A stretch of 64,000 nucleotides of DNA from Ignavibacteriota bacterium (GTDB lineage: Bacteria > Bacteroidota > Ignavibacteria > Tepidaquicellales > Tepidaquicellaceae). The notes beneath the pieces are model-generated. The model was not told the origin of the DNA. It ran no database searches and saw only the letters and a program-made list of their open reading frames with translations. Positions 59,348 to 64,000 of this stretch are shown piece by piece. Positions within the stretch are counted from its first letter, which is position 1. Each line of letters starts with the position of its first letter. A program made the position numbers and the translations under genes. Where the stretch lies: positions 5,062 through 69,061 of the forward strand of contig JAPLFJ010000038.1 in assembly GCA_026390735.1 (NCBI GenBank), given 5' to 3'.

Positions 59348-59399
59348 TTGTTTTATTAGAATATATACAAGATTACATCAAGATACAATGCATAATAAT

Positions 59400-59443
59400 G
59401 GTACTATAAAGGTACTAATAACGCACTATAAACGCACTACTAA
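59400..59443. repeat. 4 x 11-nt tandem repeat in divergent promoter region
   Basis: ggtactataaa ggtactaataa cgcactataaa cgcactactaa, read directly. Confidence 0.85.
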
Positions 59444-59566
59444 AATAAAATACACCTAAAAGCCTGCATTTTCGATAATATGTAAATAGATCACAGTAAA
59501 TTTGATGAATATTGACTTGATTTTATTCAACAATTCTCAGAATTTAATATTAAACTATAAAATCGT

Positions 59567-60226
59567 ATGAAAAGAACAAATATTTTCGAATTAGCAATGC
59601 TTTTAATGTTATTTTGCTCATTTGCAGTAACTAATGCTCAAATTATGGATATTGAGTCGAAAACATATAAAACAGTAATAATCAATAACCTTGAATGGAC
59701 AGCTGAGAATCTGAATGTTGAGCATTACAGAAATGGCGATTTGATTCCACAGGTTAAGGATAAGGAAGAATGGTCGAAATTAACTACAGGAGCATGGTGC
59801 TATTATGACAATGATACAAATAATGGAATGGTTTATGGAAAGATATATAACTGGTATGCGGTAAATGACCCGAGAGGACTTTCTCCTGAAGGCTGGCATA
59901 TTGCGACGGATTCAGAATGGGACGGATTAATAAAATACCTCGGTGATTATTTAGAAGCGGGCGGCAAGATTAAAGCAAATGATTTGTGGGAAAGTCCTAA
60001 TAAAGGAGCTACAAATGAATCAGGATTTACGGCTTTACCTTCTGGTCTGCGATATGATGTCGGAGAATTTAATTTTTCAAGAGTATTTGCTTATTTCTGG
60101 ACTTCATCTGAAAGTGATAATGAAACTGCATGGGCTCATTTGATTTCGTACAAGAACACAGTTGTATTCAGGTTCAACGGATACAAAAAGGACGGGTATG
60201 CAGTTCGATGCGTCAAAGATTATTGA
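59567..60226 (+). CDS. Secreted FISUMP (Fibrobacter succinogenes major paralogous) domain protein
   Basis: 219 aa with signal peptide. WTAENLNV..YRNGD, YGKIYNWYAV, GWHIATDSEW, GFTALPSG, YFWTSSE and GYAVRCVKD. Confidence 0.8.
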   Translation: MKRTNIFELAMLLMLFCSFAVTNAQIMDIESKTYKTVIINNLEWTAENLNVEHYRNGDLIPQVKDKEEWSKLTTGAWCYYDNDTNNGMVYGKIYNWYAVNDPRGLSPEGWHIATDSEWDGLIKYLGDYLEAGGKIKANDLWESPNKGATNESGFTALPSGLRYDVGEFNFSRVFAYFWTSSESDNETAWAHLISYKNTVVFRFNGYKKDGYAVRCVKDY

Positions 60227-60314
60227 GGATTAATACGTCTGATTTCAATATTGAATTTAATGAATCATAATACTATTTTAATCAAAATAAAGTTTGTAAT
60301 ATTAATTTAACGAT

Positions 60315-61712
60315 ATGAAAAGAATTATTCTTCTTATTTTCCTCGCATTGCTTGTGAAAACAAGTTCGGCTGATATAGTAATGTCACCTTACTTACAGGC
60401 GGTTACAACAAATTCAATTTATGTGCTTGTGGAATGCACAACTAACTCCCCTGTTACAGTGAATTACGGATTAACTACTTCGTATGGCAGCGTTGCTACA
60501 TCAGAAAGCAATTTACCAACAGGTTCTGCAACTTACGTACACAGGATTAAACTGACGGGTTTGACGGCAAATACTGTGTATTATTATCAGGCAGTACACG
60601 GAGTTTCAACCAGTGCCGGTTTAAGTTTTCATACTGCAGTAAATCCGGGAACACAGTTTCGATTTACCTGGATGGCAGATACAAGAACGGGCACGGCAGT
60701 ACACGATCAGGTATCAGCTCTGTTACTTTCAAAGAATCCATTGTTTTCTTTGTACGGCGGAGATTTATGCGCTGCCGCAGATTACACAACATGGAAGTCT
60801 GAATTCTTCAGGACAAACGAATTAAATACAATTTCAAAAGTTCCTTTCTTTGATGCAACTGGAAACCATGAAGCATGGGGATCGGTAACGCAGTCATTTA
60901 TTCAGAATCCTTCATCTGCATCCGGGACTCAGGATTACTATTCATTTGATTATGGTGATATCCATGTTCTTTCTTTAAACAATTCGGTATCGTATGCAGT
61001 AGGAAGTGCACAGTATAATTTCGCACAAAGTGATTTAGCTGCTACAACCAAACCATGGAAAATAGTAATAAATCATAATCCACCATATTGCTCAGGAAGC
61101 GGTCATACTAACGATTTAACAATGCAGACTATGGCTACTAATATATTTGTACCTAATCACGTAGATGTTGTATTTAACGGACATACACATTATTATCAGC
61201 ATAATTATGTAAGCGGAATACACTATATGATACTTGGCACATCGGGTGCACCATTTTATGTTCCAACTACAGGAACATACACTATTAAATCTATTCAGGA
61301 TTATTGTTTCGGAGTTGTGGATGTATCGTCTACAAGTTTCAGGCTACGGGTTATTAATAACCTAAACAATCAGATTGATTCTTTGATACTTTCAAAGACT
61401 ACAAATATCAGTTATGAAAGTAACACTGCAACGGACTTTAATTTGAAACAAAATTTCCCGAATCCTTTTAATCCCGTAACGGTTATAAAGTTTTCAAATC
61501 CTGTAAGTGTTAAGAACGGATTTGATAATTTCACATCTTTAAAGGTATATGATTTAAACGGTAAATTGGTTTCTGTTTTAATTGAGAAGAATCTTGCACC
61601 AGGTAATTACAGCGTAACATTTGATGGGGCAAATTTACCAAGTGGTGTGTATATATATACATTATCTATAGGTGGTTTTAAAGAATCAAAACGTATGACG
61701 CTTTTAAAATAA
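60315..61712 (+). CDS. Secreted metallophosphoesterase (purple-acid-phosphatase-like) with T9SS-type C-terminal domain
   Basis: 465 aa. N-terminal FN3-like PAP domain, YGGDL, GNHE and NGHTHYY metal motifs. C-terminus has QNFPNPFNPVTVIKF...SGVYIYTL. Confidence 0.85.
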   Translation: MKRIILLIFLALLVKTSSADIVMSPYLQAVTTNSIYVLVECTTNSPVTVNYGLTTSYGSVATSESNLPTGSATYVHRIKLTGLTANTVYYYQAVHGVSTSAGLSFHTAVNPGTQFRFTWMADTRTGTAVHDQVSALLLSKNPLFSLYGGDLCAAADYTTWKSEFFRTNELNTISKVPFFDATGNHEAWGSVTQSFIQNPSSASGTQDYYSFDYGDIHVLSLNNSVSYAVGSAQYNFAQSDLAATTKPWKIVINHNPPYCSGSGHTNDLTMQTMATNIFVPNHVDVVFNGHTHYYQHNYVSGIHYMILGTSGAPFYVPTTGTYTIKSIQDYCFGVVDVSSTSFRLRVINNLNNQIDSLILSKTTNISYESNTATDFNLKQNFPNPFNPVTVIKFSNPVSVKNGFDNFTSLKVYDLNGKLVSVLIEKNLAPGNYSVTFDGANLPSGVYIYTLSIGGFKESKRMTLLK

Positions 61713-61733
61713 CAGTGTAATGAGTTTAAAGTA

Positions 61734-61767
61734 GAAACAGCCCGTATCGCGGGCTGTTTCTATTTTT
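61734..61767. terminator. Rho-independent terminator between convergent genes
   Basis: gaaacagcccg-tatc-gcgggctgtttc followed by tattttt. Confidence 0.8.
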
Positions 61768-61775
61768 AAGAAGTT

Positions 61776-62537
61776 TTAATTTATGTATGGGTCTCTTCCC
61801 TTTTCCACCCAGGATATACGCTCATCCATATCACGCTTGTAGAAGTCTTTCTTCTCAGGAACATTATCCATAAGGTAACCGTAATATTTGAGATAATATT
61901 CTTTTGCAGCACTTCTGTCGTGTCGTCCTTTGATTTTAAGGTCGAAAGCCTGTTCTTCTGCAAGATGGTTAAGAACGTAATATTCAAGGGCACGGACGCG
62001 GTCATCTGGCTGGTAAGTATTTACAGAGCCACAGCTATCACATTTTAGATTTACAGCCATAAATGAATATACCTTTATGGGAAGTTCTGCAGCACACTGA
62101 GTACAGCGATGGAGTTTTGATTCATTAATGTGCTGCTTTACGTTTTCAAGAATTTTACGGGCAGCATCTGCAAAGATTTTAACTTCATATTTTTCGAATT
62201 CGAGCGCAATCCAGTTTTGAAAGTCATTCAGTTTCTGATGCAGATTATTTATATCAGAACTTGTAGCATTGATCTTGTACAATTCAGAGCTCATTTTAGT
62301 CCAGCCTTCGTCCCCTTTCTTTGAAAGAGCATCTACAGTCTGGTTTTTAAGACCTGTATTAACGTTAATGAAGACTATAGAATCGTACTGAATGCCGTTC
62401 ATCATATCGTTTAAGGGACCTTCAGCGGAAGTCATAACTTCGCTATACCGGTCACGGAGTTTTTGAATGAAAGTATCCCATCTGGTTACAAGAGCCAGAT
62501 ATTCAGGTGATGTATTACTGCTGCTGAAAAGTCCCAT
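61776..62537 (-). CDS. Hypothetical protein with internal zinc ribbon (253 aa)
   Basis: CTQC-x17-CDSC. Third gene of a tight three-gene operon. Confidence 0.6.
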   Translation of the reverse strand: MGLFSSSNTSPEYLALVTRWDTFIQKLRDRYSEVMTSAEGPLNDMMNGIQYDSIVFINVNTGLKNQTVDALSKKGDEGWTKMSSELYKINATSSDINNLHQKLNDFQNWIALEFEKYEVKIFADAARKILENVKQHINESKLHRCTQCAAELPIKVYSFMAVNLKCDSCGSVNTYQPDDRVRALEYYVLNHLAEEQAFDLKIKGRHDRSAAKEYYLKYYGYLMDNVPEKKDFYKRDMDERISWVEKGRDPYIN

Positions 62538-62543
62538 AATGAT

Positions 62544-63056
62544 TTAATTATTAGTTTCAAAAAGTTTAGAGCCGCAGAAGAGGCAATTATCATACTGCAT
62601 TTCTTCTTCACGAGGGGCGCCACAGTTTTTGCATTTGATTGTCATCTGTTTTTCCTTTTGCAAACCCTGAGAATATTTTGTAAGTGAAGAATTAGAAGCA
62701 TTCTTAAAAATATCACCCATACCTGCAAAAGGTTTTATCTTCTGATAGTATTCAAGTACTTTACCTTCCATATTAAACTTAGATAATTCGGAGTTTAGCT
62801 GAGGATTATTCAATGAAGCGTATTTATACACAATAACTTCAAGAACTCTGCGCAGTTCGATTGGGAAAGCACCTTTGGTAATTTTCATCTGTGAATTGAG
62901 AAGCATTTCCTTTTCAGACTGAGTGAGAGAGATAACATTATATTCAACGAGAACTTTATTCCAGTTATCATCCCCGCCTTTTGCAGAAAGGAATGCAGAT
63001 GAAGTTACTTTATCGATTTCGGACTTGAAATCCTGGATAAGTTTATCTTCTGACAT
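62544..63056 (-). CDS. Hypothetical protein with C-terminal zinc ribbon (170 aa)
   Basis: CKNC-x13-CLFC at the C-terminus. 6-nt gap to the next gene. Confidence 0.6.
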   Translation of the reverse strand: MSEDKLIQDFKSEIDKVTSSAFLSAKGGDDNWNKVLVEYNVISLTQSEKEMLLNSQMKITKGAFPIELRRVLEVIVYKYASLNNPQLNSELSKFNMEGKVLEYYQKIKPFAGMGDIFKNASNSSLTKYSQGLQKEKQMTIKCKNCGAPREEEMQYDNCLFCGSKLFETNN

Positions 63057-63065
63057 ATGCGTTCT

Positions 63066-63584
63066 TTAAAATTCCAAATCGCTGTGAGCGTCACCACCTG
63101 TCATTTCAGAATACTTTTTTCTGTATTCAGCGTCGAGTTGAGTCATTTTCATAGCGATAGTATAGTCCGACATCATTTTGCCTGTCCAGTAAGAAGAAAT
63201 GTTGGAATAGTCTGCAACAGTAAGTCCAAAATCCTTAAGAACATCCTGCGCATCCCTTCCCTGTTTTCCAAGCACGTCCTGAGCAACCATACACTCTATA
63301 TACTTTTCAAAAGGAAAAGAATCTGCATTAACAGATGAACCGCTGCCAAGGTTTCCTGTAGCAGTTGTGTTAAATGCAGCAGCATATTTTGTAGAGATTG
63401 TGAATGTAGTATCGTTCTTCATTCTGGTGAGCCATTCGGCGTTAACTCTGTCCCATTTAGGTGCATCTATACCTAAATCTTTAATTACGTCGTCTGTTTT
63501 TCCACCTGATGCAAGTTTAGCGTTTGCACCACCCCATTGTTCGAGGGATATACCTTCGAACGGTTCAAGATTTGCGTTCCCCAT
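63066..63584 (-). CDS. Hypothetical protein with internal domain duplication (172 aa)
   Basis: Two approx 50-aa halves share the pattern G...DV(I/L)KD(L/F)G(I/L)...(W/Y)..(V/I)...W...M..D.T. Confidence 0.6.
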   Translation of the reverse strand: MGNANLEPFEGISLEQWGGANAKLASGGKTDDVIKDLGIDAPKWDRVNAEWLTRMKNDTTFTISTKYAAAFNTTATGNLGSGSSVNADSFPFEKYIECMVAQDVLGKQGRDAQDVLKDFGLTVADYSNISSYWTGKMMSDYTIAMKMTQLDAEYRKKYSEMTGGDAHSDLEF

Positions 63585-63797
63585 TATTAATAATGATTAA
63601 ATTTATAAATCGAAGATAAGATATTAAAACAGGATTGAAAAAACAAAGAATTTAGGGTATGAAGAATGTAAAAAGTTACAGGCATATTTTTCAATTCCTC
63701 TCTTAGACATTAGAGACAGATGAGAATTACCAGTCCCATCATAATTCTAATCAGAATGCAAGTATATATTTGGATACTGCAGAAGAAGTTACATTTA

Positions 63798-64000
63798 TTA
63801 CTGTATAAGCAAACCTTTAACAAATTCAGGCAAGTCCAGATTAACAAAAGGTTTTGACATATAATTATCGAAACCTTTTTCAAGAAATTTCTCTTTATCC
63901 CCTACCATAGCAAAAGCGGTAATAGCGACTATAGGAACATTCCTGTAACCATCAATCAATTTTATTTCACCACATGCAGTAGCTCCATTAATTCCGTCAC
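63798..64000 (-). CDS. Response-regulator receiver domain protein, C-terminal part (5' end beyond window)
   Basis: Not in track. My minus-strand translation reads ...DGINGATACGEIKLIDGYRNVPIVAITAFAMVGDKEKFLEKGFDNYMSKPF...GLLIQ*, with the typical REC beta4-alpha5 pattern. Confidence 0.6.
   Translation of the reverse strand, partial: DGINGATACGEIKLIDGYRNVPIVAITAFAMVGDKEKFLEKGFDNYMSKPFVNLDLPEFVKGLLIQ

Noticed and set aside
61776-62537. The MGLFS N-terminus of the 253-aa protein resembles the PspA/ESCRT-III start.
   Set aside because: The similarity is limited to five residues, and the following sequence does not fit the PspA/Vipp1 heptad pattern as I recall it.

Overview
AT-rich bacterial chromosomal segment with about 60 protein genes. 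I found no rRNA, tRNA, CRISPR array, integrase or transposase. Four secreted proteins end in an NYPNPFNP-type C-terminal sorting domain (T9SS-like). Together with the gene content, this suggests an FCB-group organism (Ignavibacteria/Bacteroidota-like), which is an inference only. Most of the window is housekeeping: cysteine synthase, P5C dehydrogenase, sucC, photolyase, tpiA, a thiolase-hbd-acyl-CoA dehydrogenase cluster, kynA-kynU, truA, hisC, sdhCD-like anchors, lepA-lepB, ffh-rpsP-rimM-trmD-rplS, an NtrC-type regulator, mutS2-cvpA-yqeY, fbaB, a CDF transporter, a CCA-type nucleotidyltransferase and anmK. The stand-out is an accessory segment at about 23.6-31.1 kb. (i) A very AT-rich six-gene minus-strand block lies between two inverted copies of a 27-nt hairpin repeat. 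It contains a translationally coupled cassette of small protein, membrane-anchored acidic protein, PIN-like protein and a beta-class DNA methyltransferase fused to an Mrr-type PD-(D/E)xK nuclease domain. This cassette is my best candidate for an uncharacterised defence/R-M-like system. (ii) Next to it are a compositionally foreign (GC-rich) FN3-domain gene followed by 31-nt tandem repeats. (iii) A 12-unit array of 21-bp tandem repeats follows. Secondary candidates are a tight three-gene operon of unknown proteins (two with zinc ribbons) at 61.8-63.6 kb, an NtrC-family ATPase lacking the GAFTGA loop, a C7 homopolymer that splits a surface-protein gene, and a CDF transporter with three tandem C-terminal domains. 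All functional calls come from reading motifs in the translations; no database search was possible.
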